A stretch of DNA of 64,000 nt from Callorhinchus milii (lineage: Eukaryota). The position numbers and the translations under genes were made by a program. Below are positions 13,036 through 25,310 of this stretch, piece after piece. Position 1 is the stretch's first letter. Every line of letters starts with the position of its first letter. Under the pieces are notes generated by a model. The model searched no databases. It saw only the letters and a list, made by a program, of their open reading frames with translations, and had not been told where the DNA came from. The stretch is taken from the NCBI RefSeq assembly GCF_018977255.1, contig NW_024704742.1, positions 14,944,001-15,008,000 of the forward strand. Direction: 5' to 3'.

Positions 13036-13209
13036 GTGCAATGTCAGGTCTCAGATGGCCACCCATATGCATACTTTCTTGGGAGTCACTGGATAGAAAT
13101 CACTAATGACTGAAAATCATGACTGATTTTCCCCCTCTGCAGATCAGGATGGGTTGAGGTCAATTGTAATAATTTGGCTACAAGTTAAGTTTTTAACAGT
13201 GGGGACATA

Positions 13210-13412
13210 GGAACATAAGAGTGGCTATTCAGCCCTGTTCTGCCATTCTATTAGATCATGGCTTATCTGTACCTCAATTCCAAATACCCACCTTTGCCCC
13301 ATTTCCTTTGATGCCCTGACCTAACAAAAATATATCCAACTCAGTCTTGAAAATTTGAAGAGATCCAGCATTCACTGTCTTTTGGAGAGAGAGTTCCAGA
13401 TTTACATTGACC
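13210..13412 (-). mobile_element. CR1 3' end fragment
   Basis: Translation VNAGSLQIFKTELDIFLLGQGIKG; 3' UTR similar to 9230-9305. Confidence 0.75.
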
Positions 13413-16400
13413 CCGATGTCCACCACGCTTCTTAAAACCATGGTCTCTGCTGCCTGTACCAGGTCCATGACTTATGTGATGCTGGGTTATTTATAGTCAT
13501 TTATTCCCCACCCAGAAGTGAGTCCTAGGACTCAAAGTGACCTGATGTCATGAAAATAATTAAAATCTAAAATGTATAAAAGTGAAATACCTTTGTTCCT
13601 AATGCTTAATAATGGGTTATAAATCAAGCAAATTATTCTGAACAATGTATTACCAAAATGTAGAACTGTCCATGGCACAAGGAAAGAACTAACCCCGAGT
13701 CTAACGTGCTTCCTGATACTAGTCAGTGGCTTGTCAATAAAGCACTGCTCCTTGACATTTGTCCTCTGAGTGACCTCTTTGAAAGTCTTTTCTGCAAATT
13801 TACCATTTCACACATTTAAGCCAGAGAAATAACCAATAGATTTTTTAACCTCGGAACACTTTCGGACCTCATTAGAAAATTGATCCTTTGCCAGTTGCTG
13901 TTGAGATGCTTCTTTGCTTCTTGGCTAATTAGGAATTGAAATAACTGATTTAAAAACTGTTGTTACTTCAGACCAGATTTTATGGATCGTAAGTAATTAT
14001 GATGAATGGCCAGCAATATAAGTGCCATTTAGGGTATTATTCACAATTTTTAGTGCTGTAAGTGCAGAACATGCCTTTTGCAAATAGAAAAGTATGTTGA
14101 CCCAGGTGCCACCAGGCCTGCGATCCAGATATCAGCACCTCTGTAAATGATAACATGATGAAAGACTCCTTAAATGATTAAACGGGTGTCATAAATCTAG
14201 AACCCATAGCAAGCAGTTTCTCTTAAAAGTAAAGACTTGTGATGGTTTGCTTTTTTGTCTTTTAAACCAAATCTGTGCAGAGCAACAGAATGGATGCATG
14301 CATTTACTGTAAGGAACAATCTGAATGGCACAGCAGCAGAGGAAGTTTTACAGCCCATTGAAACTCATTCCATATTCACGATATTAGTTTACCTCTTTGT
14401 TGCACTGTGGGTCACTTTCTTCTCCCCCCATCCTCTTCAGCTCTTCCCCCTCTCCCTCCCACCCAGGCTCGGGTACCTATCCAGCTGTGTTAAGTTTTTT
14501 GAGATGTTCTTCTGATGTGAACGACGCTACATAAATGTAAATTGTATAATCATATTGTATGAATAAATCAAGCCCATACCACTCCTTCTAACAATAACAA
14601 GCCCTATCTAACCATAGGGGTCTGTTCAGCAATGTTTTACAATACATTTAATATGATAATTATCACATTGATTTGACCTCCACAGTGTTAGATCTTTTGA
14701 TAATGAAGATTTTCAGTTTTTCATGTTAACTGCAATGTCAGTGAGAACAATATCCTGTGGGCATTTGGAGCTAAAGTTTTCAAAGGGCGTGTGGTTATAG
14801 GGTCACAAGTGGCATGGTCCTTGCTTTTTATACTTATGGAGAGAGAAAAAAAATCAAAGGGATAGGGGTTAAAAAAAATACACTCAGGCGATCTGGTCTG
14901 ATCTTGCCTTTTTCTTTAACATTTGAACTCTCTTATGATCAGAGTCCAATTTGACCCAAAAGGTCACCATCAGTGACTGGTGGTTTCACTAGGGTTAAAC
15001 AAATCATAAGCATTGCTGCATCTTATACAGACCCAGAGACCCTAAATCTGAAGGTAATGAATGATAGTTTTCAGTTTCTTGACTAAGTGTCAGGTAATAA
15101 TAGAATTAGAGGCAGAATCCATTTGAAAGGATGTGGGGGAAGGGTGGAAGGAGTAATGCTTCTATAACACATTGTTACTCACTCGATATTATGAGCCTCA
15201 TGTTGTCTGATTTACGTTTCAGTGTGTAAGGCCACTGCTCACTAAAGCTGGATCACCTTTCCAATCTTTCATTGCTTCTAGCTGTGAAACGTGCACCGCA
15301 TTTCTTTTACGCAGAGGCAACAAGGAGCCTTCAGCTTAGCAGCACATCTGCCAGTGAGGATAAATGAGCACATGACACCTTAATTGAATACTATGGCTTT
15401 TACTGTACCAGAAAATCAGTAACATGTCAAGGGGTATTTTTGTTAAATATTGTGTGGTATCAGATAGAGAAAAGACTGACGTATACTTAGAATGTGGAGG
15501 GCCAGAGAGTGATATGCTGCAATGAAATAGATACTAAGGAACAGAGTCAAAATGAAGATATTCGGTTAGTGTATTTGAGATTCTATTTAACAAAGTGTAT
15601 TTACACCTTCTTTGGTGTTTAATAATAATCCTTGCAATTGATATAGCGCCTTATCATGTCATTGAGATGTCTCAAAGTGCTTCACAGGATATACTGTAAA
15701 GTGTAGTGACGGTGTATTTTGTGGGCGAAAGGTCTTACAGTTACAATACCCCTTGGGATTTTTCTCAGTAAGACATAATATTCAGTTATACTGCCAGAAA
15801 GCAGCCAGAAGCAGTGAAATCTGTGCTTTCATCTTCAAGAATGTAAGAAATTCTAAATGGATTTTCAGTAAGTTTATTATGTGGATATGTTCGGGTGACT
15901 CTTCATTCTAAAAAGCTTCCTGGTTCTTCATTTTTCAATAGTTACCCTATGTTCATGCAAGAGAAATGGTAACTTAAGAACTCCAGACATAATAAAACTA
16001 ATGTACTGGAACAGCAGTCTAAGTTTACTAACAAATCATAATTTCAAGCAACCAAAATTAGTTATGATTACTCAGAGTAAATCATTGAAATCCCTGACTT
16101 TTTTGGATAGAAATCAAGCATAATTCATCAAAGCTTCTAACAAGCTCACTGCAGAATGCTTTTGGAGTAGTTCAAGTGCCTTGTATCCATGCAGCAATTT
16201 TCTTTTGGTCAGATTTGTATTTGCCATACATGGAAATCCATCGCCATGTACACAAATCTCCAAACCAAACTGCTGAGAGTTCCACATGTGGTTGATTTCT
16301 ACTTGTCAAGTATGGACTGCATACTCTCTCCCCAGAGACACAATCTGTTTTCTAATCCCAAGGAATTTAAGTGCATATTGGCAAGATCTAAGAATTGGAG

Positions 16401-16723
16401 ACCTCAGAGTTGAATATCAGGTATACTGGAGTTTAACCTGCTATTCCCATTCAGGCTACCATTGAAGAGGACTGGTGTTTAAATTCCTCCATTCGTTGGC
16501 ACCCCCCTATCTCTATCAATTCCTCTCTCTCCACAGCATTACCTGCTGCCTCCGCTTTACAGGGTCCAGCCTCCACCTTATCCCCAAATCCTCCGCTCCA
16601 CTATCAGCGGCCGTGCCTTCAGCCACTAAGCCCTGAAAATTTGGAACTCAACCCCTTCACCTTGCCCCCTCCTTCCCCATCCTCAGGTCATGCCTGAAAA
16701 CTTTCCTCTTCAACTGCGCCTAG

Positions 16724-17035
16724 TGGAGTCCTGTAGCTCAATGGTTAGAGCACTCGCTTTGCAAGTGAGAGACCTGAGTTCAATTCCAGGCAGAGGGCGA
16801 AACCTTGGGCAAGTTTCCTTACTCCACACAGAGCCTAATAATAATCCCTCCAAAACCAAAAACAATAATAAATTGGTCATTTTCAATCTACGACTGTTTG
16901 TGGGACATTGCTGTGCGCAATTGGCTGCCGCGGTCGCCCACAAATATACAGTCAATTCACTTTACAGTGTGTTCTGTGAAGCGCTTTGGGACTTCCTCCT
17001 GACGTGAAGAGCGCTATATCAAATGCAAGGATTAC

Positions 17036-17080
<45 letters not shown>
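16724..17080 (+). mobile_element. Full-length young SINE (short form) with tRNA-Ala-like head
   Basis: TGGAGTCCTGTAGCTCAATGGTTAGAGCACTCGCTTTGCAAG head (TGC anticodon-like), B-box-like GAGTTCAATTCC, Deu-like core GGGACATTGCTGTGCGCAATTGGCTGCC, L2-like tail, long (att)n. Confidence 0.93.
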
Positions 17081-17081
<1 letters not shown>

Positions 17082-17147
17082 ATGTCACCTTCCCTCTCCC
17101 CCTGGCTTGGCTTTGGGCTCCGGCGAATGCTAAAACTTTGATACATC

Positions 17148-17581
17148 AACAACAACAACAAGATTCCATTTATAGTGCACCGTTCACATCGGGAGGACGT
17201 CCCAAGGCGCTATACAGTTGGGTCAGGACCCGAGCAGGGGGGAAATGGTCAGGATGAATGGAGGGAAGGGAGGGAGCGAGGAGGGGGTAGAGAGTCGAGA
17301 GGAGAGCTGAAGACATGGTCAAAGAGAAGGGTCTTGAGACTGGTCTTGAAGGAGGAAAGGGAGGAGGCGGCGAAGGCACTGGGGGATAGAGTTCCAGAGC
17401 CTAGGGGCTGAGAGACTGAAGGCCCGGCCACCGATGGTAGGGCGGTTGGGGCGCGGGATGTGGAGCAGACCGGAGCCAGAGGAACGGAGGGTACGGGCAG
17501 ATAAGTAGGGGGATAGTAGGTCAGAGAGGTAGGAGGGAGCAAGGCCGTGAATGGCCTTGTAGGTGAGGATGAGGATCTTGA
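17148..17581 (-). mobile_element. Young L2 LINE 3' fragment, 5-bp TSD ACATC
   Basis: FKILILTYKAIHGLAPSYLSDLL...GGRAFSLSAPRLWNSIP; (ttg)n tail; ACATC at 17143-17147 and 17582-17586. Confidence 0.93.
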
Positions 17582-18414
17582 ACATCGCCCGGCGTGGAGG
17601 GCGCTATATGAATGCAAGTTGTTGATGTTGACTAGTAAGCTTCCCAGCTATTACTACCCTATTTGCAAACACTTTGTCCTGTAGAATTATCAGGAGCAAA
17701 GTGTGGAAAAATCCCAGCCTACTGTCATGGTGTGTTTCTCCAAGTCCATGGGCCAGACTACATGCTAATCAAGATAAGCACCAAATCCTGGATGTATCAG
17801 TGCATTCACAAACTCAGACTCCAAGTAACTACATGCAGCAAATGATGTCTAAACTGTGTCTGAGTACTGTCCTGCCTGTTTATTTAAACATCTCCGTTCA
17901 ATGGACAGAGGTCCAGGTGTGAACATGAGAGAACAACTGCAAAGGTATGAAGGTTCACATGTGCTGGAATTCAATGTGAACCTTTGTGTTGATACTGAAT
18001 CCTGAGGTGGAGCAGTGGAAGCTTTTGTTTCTTGGCACACACACAAAGCGCGATGGAACAGATAGTATCCATTGTACTCCTGCTCCAAACACAACTTGAA
18101 AAGAAGAAGGAATATTCAGCTCCAATTTAACAAGGATCAGACATGTGGAAAAAAATCAGAGGATGAGTTGATTCAATAGCCTGCTCTAAAATTATATTAC
18201 ACAAATCTCTGGTCAATGCCAGAATGTCATCCTTTTGAGCATGTTATTTTTCTCCTTGTTCTCTCCTTCTCCATGTATTTGTCAGCCTGCCTCAATTGGT
18301 AAGCACTCTTGCTTCCGAGTCAGAAGGTTGTGGTTCAAGCCACACATTGGGACTTTGAACTAATTTAGTCTGGACTGGATTAAATTTTCCTTGTTGCGGC
18401 AGAAAATCATCTGA

Positions 18415-18768
18415 CTCAACTCCTGTTAACCTGCAAACCAAACTCCAACACGTAGAGTGGTCCTAGGGGACAAGCGTTGGGAAAGCTTGCCAGACGGTAA
18501 TATCAATGGCAAGCTATGCTGTTTTAGCTGGTTAAACTCTGGCAGCACCCCAACGCACACTCTGGAAGCACCAATCCTGGCTCTTGCCAACCTGCGCTTA
18601 ATAATTTCAGGAATTAGGTAAGCAGGAAATGTCCCTCCTGGTAAAGAGTCCACATTCCATTCCAACAATCTATCTCTGGAATTTCCATGTGTAGGTGGGA
18701 TGCGTGGAAATCTCAGTTTGGTTTGCAAATTCTTAAGCACGGTGATGGGTTTCTGCATGTGTCAGACT
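18415..18768 (-). repeat. Longest copy of an unclassified dispersed repeat family
   Basis: Similar segments at about 3800-3880, 16255-16335, 24885-24990, 25880-26175, 44215-44300, 47930-48205 and 56014-56152; shared end gtgtctgacaca and core aagagtatccaaaccaaactgagaattcc. Confidence 0.7.
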
Positions 18769-21175
18769 AAAAAAAATTGTAGATTTGTAGCTGAATATTA
18801 CTTCTTTCGAAATGATGTACGTATCATCCACCACACAGTGAGGATTTGTACAACTTCACATGTTCTATCCATCTTCACTTTCATATTCCAAAGTCAGATT
18901 GCACAATCGGCCCAATTCTATTATGTGTTTGACTGCTCGAGTCTGCTTGATTGATGAGCTTCAAAGTCCCAACATTAATCAAAGATTCACCCCATATTTT
19001 TGGTTGTGTACGAGTAAATTCCCTACTGGTGCACATGAAGGGTGCCGATTAAAGGGATAACGTATGGATACAAGGTATTTTGTAAAAATCAACATCATAG
19101 TATTCTTTTAATCATGCTGCCATCACTACCAAAGAAAAACATAAAGGGAGAGGTTAGAGTACGTTTTTTTAAAAAGTCTACGAAAAGTTATGGTTGAAGC
19201 AGAATCCAGCATAATTTTAAAAATGGGATGAGACAAATATTCGAAAGGAAATATTAAATAATAATAATTCTTGCATTTGACATGCTACTTTATCATGTCA
19301 TTGTATCATCTCAAGTGCTCTGGGATGCTACCCCATATGAAGGGTGCTATATAAATGCAAGTTATTGTTGTTGTTCTCATTGCGCTTCACAATATTTTAC
19401 TCTAACATGTAATGGCTGTATATTTGTAGTCAAGCATATATAAAATGTTATGGGCAAAAGGCAGAGGAGTAGTACTAAACAGTTATACTTTCAGAAACCT
19501 ACTGTGAATAGTTTGAAATCTTGTGCATTGTGAATATCTGTAATTCTGGAGAACAAGTAGCTGACTCAGGTTTATTTGATGTACCTTCAACAATGGATAA
19601 ATTGCTAAACTGTGTGGGAAAGATTTTTCATCAGTGAAACATGAACTGGGAGAAATTCATCAGCAACCCAGCTTTCTGCTTAACTTCCAATTTCTCATCT
19701 GCCTGAAAGCAAGCTGAGATGATTGGTACCAAATGTTTACATAATCATTTGCTGCAATGCTCTAACATGGCCCAACAAAAATGCATGTAGCCAACAGAAC
19801 AACAGAAGACACAGGTTTAGGGTTTCAAAGGGCAATTTCCAGACAGACACCAGGAAGTATAACTTTCCCCACAAAATAATTAATGAATAGAATGAGTTAC
19901 CAGGAAGGCTGTTTGAAGCCAGGATGCTGGACTAATTTAAAAAATGTTGTAATGAGAGGGTGGTGGAGTGGTAATTGTGAAGGATGAGATCAAATACATC
20001 GAAGAGCCTTCTTCATCTGAAACTCTTGTGTATAATCTCTTACCAGAAGCCTCAGAGGCTCTTTCAACTTTGATCTGTGTTGAAGTCCCCTCTGACTCCT
20101 TCCCTCCCCTCTTTCAAGGTAGTTCTCAAAATGTACCTCTTTGACAGTGCTTGCAGTTATCTTTCCCTTCCTCACGCCCCTCATCTCCTGCCCTCAACCT
20201 CTGTGCTCAGCCAGAATTGCCAAGACTGAGATCAGCATCCAAATGGAATTCCAATGTGCCAGCCTCCAACAAAGGATTATCGAACTACAAAACCCTTTGC
20301 AAATCTCATACATCAGACCCAGAAGAATATGTGAATTAAAAACATTACAGTGATTTAGCAAGTTAAAATCAACATTTATACATTTTTATTCTTCTGCACA
20401 AAATTGTAATCAATGACAACATAAACAGAACGTCTTTCTTCAAAGGATGATGGATTGTACAAGCATTCATCTAAAAGGTTGCAGAGGCCCTTGAAACAAT
20501 TTAACCACCTTTCATTTTACATTAATTCAGCTGAATATTTTTATGTGAAATCAAGCAGTTAGCTTGTGTATACTGAGCTTTGTTCTCAGCGTTGTGATAG
20601 ATGATGGAGCTGCTTGATAAAAGGTTTTGCACTGTATGTAAGCCAGTTTAAGGGTCCTTTATATTACATTGATTCAACTTGCACATGCTGGACAGATCAA
20701 TATCAGCTCTTTCCTTACGCACGCACAAAAAGGAAATCAGGCTATCACATTTTCAGGGCATAAAGATGTCCTTCAGATTTCAACGCTACTTAAGACAACA
20801 TTTGTTCTTTGCCATGCCTTTATTTTAAAAAAACACTTGAAAATTACACCGTTTATAAAAGATGCCAAATTATACCACAATTTTGCAGAAACTGTTGCAT
20901 GTGAAACTGTTTTGAGCAATGCACATCACACTTAACAGCATGTGATTGCTGAAACGTTTGTGAAAAAGATAATAATCTGATCAGGTGCTATCTCCACTAA
21001 TTATTCCTTATAATAGTCTGTACATTTGATATAGCAACTTTAACATTGGTAGGACATCTCAAAGCACTTCCCAGATTTTAGTGTAAATTATAATAACTAT
21101 GTATTTTGTAGGTGAATCAATTTGTACATTGCAATCTCCCACCCACAGCCACAAAGTGAATGTCCATGATGGATT

Positions 21176-21401
21176 GTATATTTGTGGGCGACTGCGGCAG
21201 CCAATTGCGCACAGCAATGTCCCACAAACAGTCCTAGATTGAAAATGACCAATTTAATTATTGTTTTTTTTTTTTTGGAGGGATTATTATTAGGCGTGTG
21301 GAGTAAGAAAATTTGCCCAAGGTTTCGCCCTCTGCCTGGAATTGAACTCAGGTCTCTCACTTGCAAAGCGAGTGCTCTAACCACTGAGCTACAGGACTCC
21401 A
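21176..21401 (-). mobile_element. Young SINE, 5' two-thirds (3' tail absent)
   Basis: Near-identical to 16724-16950 in reverse complement. Confidence 0.88.
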
Positions 21402-21529
21402 GGTAAAGTAAATTGACCGTATATTTTGTGGGCATAGTACTGCAGTATTGCACAAATGACCTGCAAATATAGCACTGGAGAATAAAATAAACAACTCCAA
21501 AGTAATAACTTGCATTTAAGCTTGCTCAC

Positions 21530-21586
21530 CACTGGGAGAATGTAATAGTTCACATTTCCCACCTCAGATTGCTCTGGGCTGACCAC
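21530..21586 (-). CDS. Candidate 57-nt phase-0 exon, copy A (VVSPEQSEVGNVNYYILPV), gene unidentified
   Basis: ctactttcaag|GTG...CCAGTG|gtgagc; only the phase-0 frame is open; paralog at 26845-26901 has the same length and splice sites. Confidence 0.4.
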
Positions 21587-21624
21587 CTTGAAAGTAGACA
21601 GCCAAGTAAAGGGTCCTAATTAGT

Positions 21625-21740
21625 CCTAGGTAAACGTGTTGAGTAAGGAAACTTGCCTAATATTTCGCCCTGCCCGGGAATCGAACCCAGGTCCTCTCGC
21701 TTGCAAAGCGAATCCTCTAACCAATGTGCTTCAGGACTCC
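21625..21740 (-). mobile_element. SINE tRNA-like head fragment
   Basis: Reverse complement ggagtcctgaagcacattggttagagg...gggttcgattccc. Confidence 0.75.
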
Positions 21741-22030
21741 CAATTTTATGTATCATTGAAATTGCTTTTAAAGTTGAAAAAAATCTTGATATAGTGCCTT
21801 TCACATCAGGAGGTCAGTGAACAGAGCAGAAAAGCACAGGGTACTTTGGCAATTTCTCCTCATGTGGCATTTCCCCCACAAAATATACAGTCAATTCACT
21901 TTACAGTATAATTATTGAAGCACTTCGAGATGTCTCAATGATGTGATAAGGTGTTATATCAAATGCAAGGATTATTCTTATTAAAATTAATCTTTAAATT
22001 AAATTATAAAATCTTAACGTTTTATTTTTA

Positions 22031-22301
22031 TGAGTTCAATTCCAGGCAGGGCGAAACCTTGGGCAAGTTTCCTTACTCCACACGCCTAATAATAATCCCT
22101 CCAAAACCAAAAACAATAATAAATTGGTCATTTTCAATCTACGACTGTTTGTGGGACATTGCTGTGCACAATTGGCTGCCGCGTTTGCCCACAAATACAC
22201 AGTCAATTCACTTTACAGTGTGATCTGTGAAGCGCTTTGGGACGTCCTCCCGACGTGAAAAGCGCTATATCAAATGCAAGGATTATTATTATTATTATTA
22301 T
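22031..22301 (+). mobile_element. Young SINE, slightly 5'-truncated
   Basis: Near-identical to 16775-17040. Confidence 0.92.
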
Positions 22302-22420
22302 TTTATTTTAAACTTGTGTTTACAATTTAGTGATTTTTCCATATCGATATATACATGCACACATACACATACAATGTCAGCTTGTCAGACCACTTTGTCT
22401 TAAAATTTAAGATTGCATGT

Positions 22421-22510
22421 AGAAAATTCTTAAATTCAGTCTTAATTTTGAAGCTGGGTTTCTTAAAAGTAAACCAACATCCAAATTAAGACTGAGTTTA
22501 AGAATTTTCT
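22421..22510. repeat. Imperfect 90-bp palindrome, member of a MITE-like family
   Basis: Left arm agaaaattcttaaattcagtcttaattttgaagctgggtttctt; reverse complement of right arm agaaaattcttaaactcagtcttaatttggatgttggtttactt. Confidence 0.7.
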
Positions 22511-23384
22511 TCAATTCTGTGCGATATTAAGTGTAAAATAAGAGTCTATGCAGTCTAAGCAGTTTTGAGCCAATTGTTCCTAACCCTCCTGAGTCCTTTC
22601 TGCAGACAATAAAAAAGAACAAGGGTAGGTTTTCATATAAAGTAATCCAGCTTGGAATGAAACTTTCTCAGGTTAACAACCAGGAAAACAGCAACCAGCA
22701 AGCATCACACCACAGGCCTCTGAGGTTCAATTGAATGCAGATGGCAACTGGAAAATGAATAAAAATTGCATAATAATGCAGCGATTAAATGAGCAGGGTG
22801 CTTTGATACAAGTTGTATTGGGATACAATTTACTGCGGTCCTATCCCAGACACCCTGTCAAACAAAAATGCAAAGCAAGAAAACATAATTAAAATAATTG
22901 TAGGAGATGGGTGGTCCACAGCCCACACTGCCCCTAATTGTCATTTATTTGGTAATCTCATTCAGAGAGGTCATGAGGATGGCTGACGTGGGACGTGGAA
23001 ACATTCACACTGGTCCAGATGGGTACTGTTGCTCCGAGGTTGGGGTTAAAGTGTTCTGTTGTGGGCTGAGTAGAAGAAGCTTTGCTGTTCTACAGTGCTA
23101 CATTGGTGCCAAAACCAGAAAGCATTGCCTGTGTTCACCTTGTCATTGAGCACAAACATCCCTATATACAAACAATGGAGGAAGTAATGTGGGTGGAAAT
23201 GGCTTTCCATTAATTAATGAAATTGAATTTCTGTGAGAGAACAAAGATAAGATCAAGTGATTTCCAAAAAGAGTTTAGATGTGTATTGCCTAATATTTAC
23301 AATCCTTATTCACTCTTCCAAACCGAGCACTTGTTCAATGATGTAGTATATCCGAAATAAAATGAGATCACTTGGAACTCATAT

Positions 23385-23740
23385 AGCCTAAACTGACACT
23401 CCAATGCAGTACTGGGTGGGGGCTGCACTGCACTATTAGAGGTGCCGTCCTTCAGATGAGACTTGACCCGAGTCCTTACCTGCGTGTTCAGGTGGATGTT
23501 AAAAATAACATGGCACTATTTGAAAAGAGAAGCAAATTTCTCCTGGTGGCCTGGCCAACAATTCCCTGAATAAAATTGGTTATTCACTCCATAGCTGTTT
23601 CGGGGACATTGCTGTGTGCAAATTGGCTGCCGCATTCACCCACAAAACAGTCACTGTATTTTACAATATACCATGTGCAGCACTTTGGGGTGTCCTCCTG
23701 CCTTGAAAGGGGCAATATCAAAAGTAAGGATTTATTTTAT
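23385..23740 (+). mobile_element. Old Deu-type SINE (second family)
   Basis: ctgacactccaatgcagtactg...gaggtgccgtccttcagatgag...caggtggatgttaaaa...tggcactatttgaa...gggacattgctgtgtgcaaattggctgccgc, resembling DeuSINE bodies. Confidence 0.75.
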
Positions 23741-25289
23741 TTATGAATTGCCACTGTACAACACCCATAAATCTGTAAACATAGCAGAAATATCCATGAC
23801 AAAGTACAATTTTATGTAGCAGTGACAGACCTCTACCAGAAATGTAATGCATAAGAACACAATTTCTAGTATTCATATGTATTTATGAAATTAACACAAC
23901 AACAATTTACACTTATATATTGCCTAAATTGACTGCTGAGTTAGTGTACAAGTTACACAGTCATTATGCTTTGCAGCACTTTGAGACGTCTCGACGATAG
24001 GATAAGGCGCTACATCAAAGTGCTTTACAAAGACTGAGAGGGACCCCGAGCTGGGAGGTAACTGAAGGGAGGTGGGTGGTCAAATAAATAGGTCTTCTGA
24101 TAAAATTTAAAAACAGAGAGGGAAGAGGAAAGTGGAGGGATTGTGGGAAGGAGTTCAACAGGGAGGGGCTAAAGTTGTTGTTTCTACCAATGGTAGTGTG
24201 GTCAGGAATACCACAAAGTTTACTGTATAGTTCCCTTACGCTCCATTGTGTAAAAGCACAATGTGCAACTTGATTTACTCTATTTACATAGCATTTCAGG
24301 GCATCCATAATTCAGCAAAATTGTTGAATTCAGGCAGTCAGTTTGCAGTCAGTTTTCTGTAATTCTAAAATGAATTTACAGAAAATCAGTTTCAAAATTA
24401 AAATTGGATTTACGAATTTGCCAATTCTGAATGCTGGACCCAGGTGGAATTTCTACTCCAGAGGGTAGAAGGTTGCAGCTTTGAATAATAATAATAATAG
24501 TAATCCTTGCATTTAGTAGCGCTTTATCAGGTCATTGAGATGTCTCAAAGTGTCTCACAGAATATATTGTAAAGTATGTTGAGTAAAGTAAAGTGCATTG
24601 AGTGCATATTTTGTGGGCGAAACACGGCAACTAATTGCACATGGCAGTGTCCCACAAACAGTCATTGATTGAATCCCAAATTATTACTTTTTTTGGAGGG
24701 ATTATATTATTTATTCTGCCCCGCTCATCCGTCCATTTTTTTATGCATGTTGTATCACCAATTGCTGAGTTAGCTGATCTTAGCCAGGAGAACTGTGGGC
24801 ACTACAATTATCATCAGTGTTTCTAGGCTAGGAGAGTATCAGCCATAGTTCCTTCTCTGATTACTATCCTTTTTTTGGTCAGCTGAGTGTCTGACACATG
24901 TGAAAACCAATCGCCTTGCTTAAGAGTATCCAAAGCAAACTGAGAGTTCATGATTGCCATAGAAATTCCATGTGAGCAGATTGGTTGCTGTGTTCGCCTG
25001 CAATCGCACAGTCACTACACTTTATAGTAAAATGCTGTGAAACGCTTTGAGAAGTCTCAATGATGTAACAAGGCGTTATATCAATTGTAAGGACTATCAT
25101 TTGACAGGCACATAAGGACATTAGACAGGATTTGGTAGCCGCTACTAATTCATACAAAAAAGTCAAAGAAGAATGCAGCTAATAATCCCCTTCATCAAAG
25201 TGACATTTTTTGCTAAACCAGAGAGGTTCCAGCCCCTCGCATTAAGTGGTTTTATCCAAACACGTGTTGTACAAATCAACTTCATTTAC

Positions 25290-25310
25290 CACTCTGGCTA
25301 CATCAGGAAC
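25290..25310 (-). CDS. Candidate 21-nt phase-0 micro-exon (VPDVARV)
   Basis: atgtttatag|GTTCCTGATGTAGCCAGAGTG|gtaaat; moderate splice signals. Confidence 0.2.

Larger units (their letters stand above)
16500..17630 (+). mobile_element. Old L2 3' fragment split by two younger insertions
   Basis: 16500-16723, 17081-17147 and 17587-17630 join into a sequence colinear with the L2 at 51850-52170 (tail ggcgtggagggcgctat..aatgcaagttg). Confidence 0.8.

Noticed and set aside
14915..14998. piggyBac-like end (ctagggTTAA) with gggtcaaattg motif
   Set aside because: The opposite terminus does not form a convincing TIR.
16724..16795. tRNA-Ala(TGC)-like gene (also at 10526, 21330-21400, 30250-30321)
   Set aside because: Always followed by the SINE body and lacks a proper acceptor stem; these are SINE heads, not tRNA genes.
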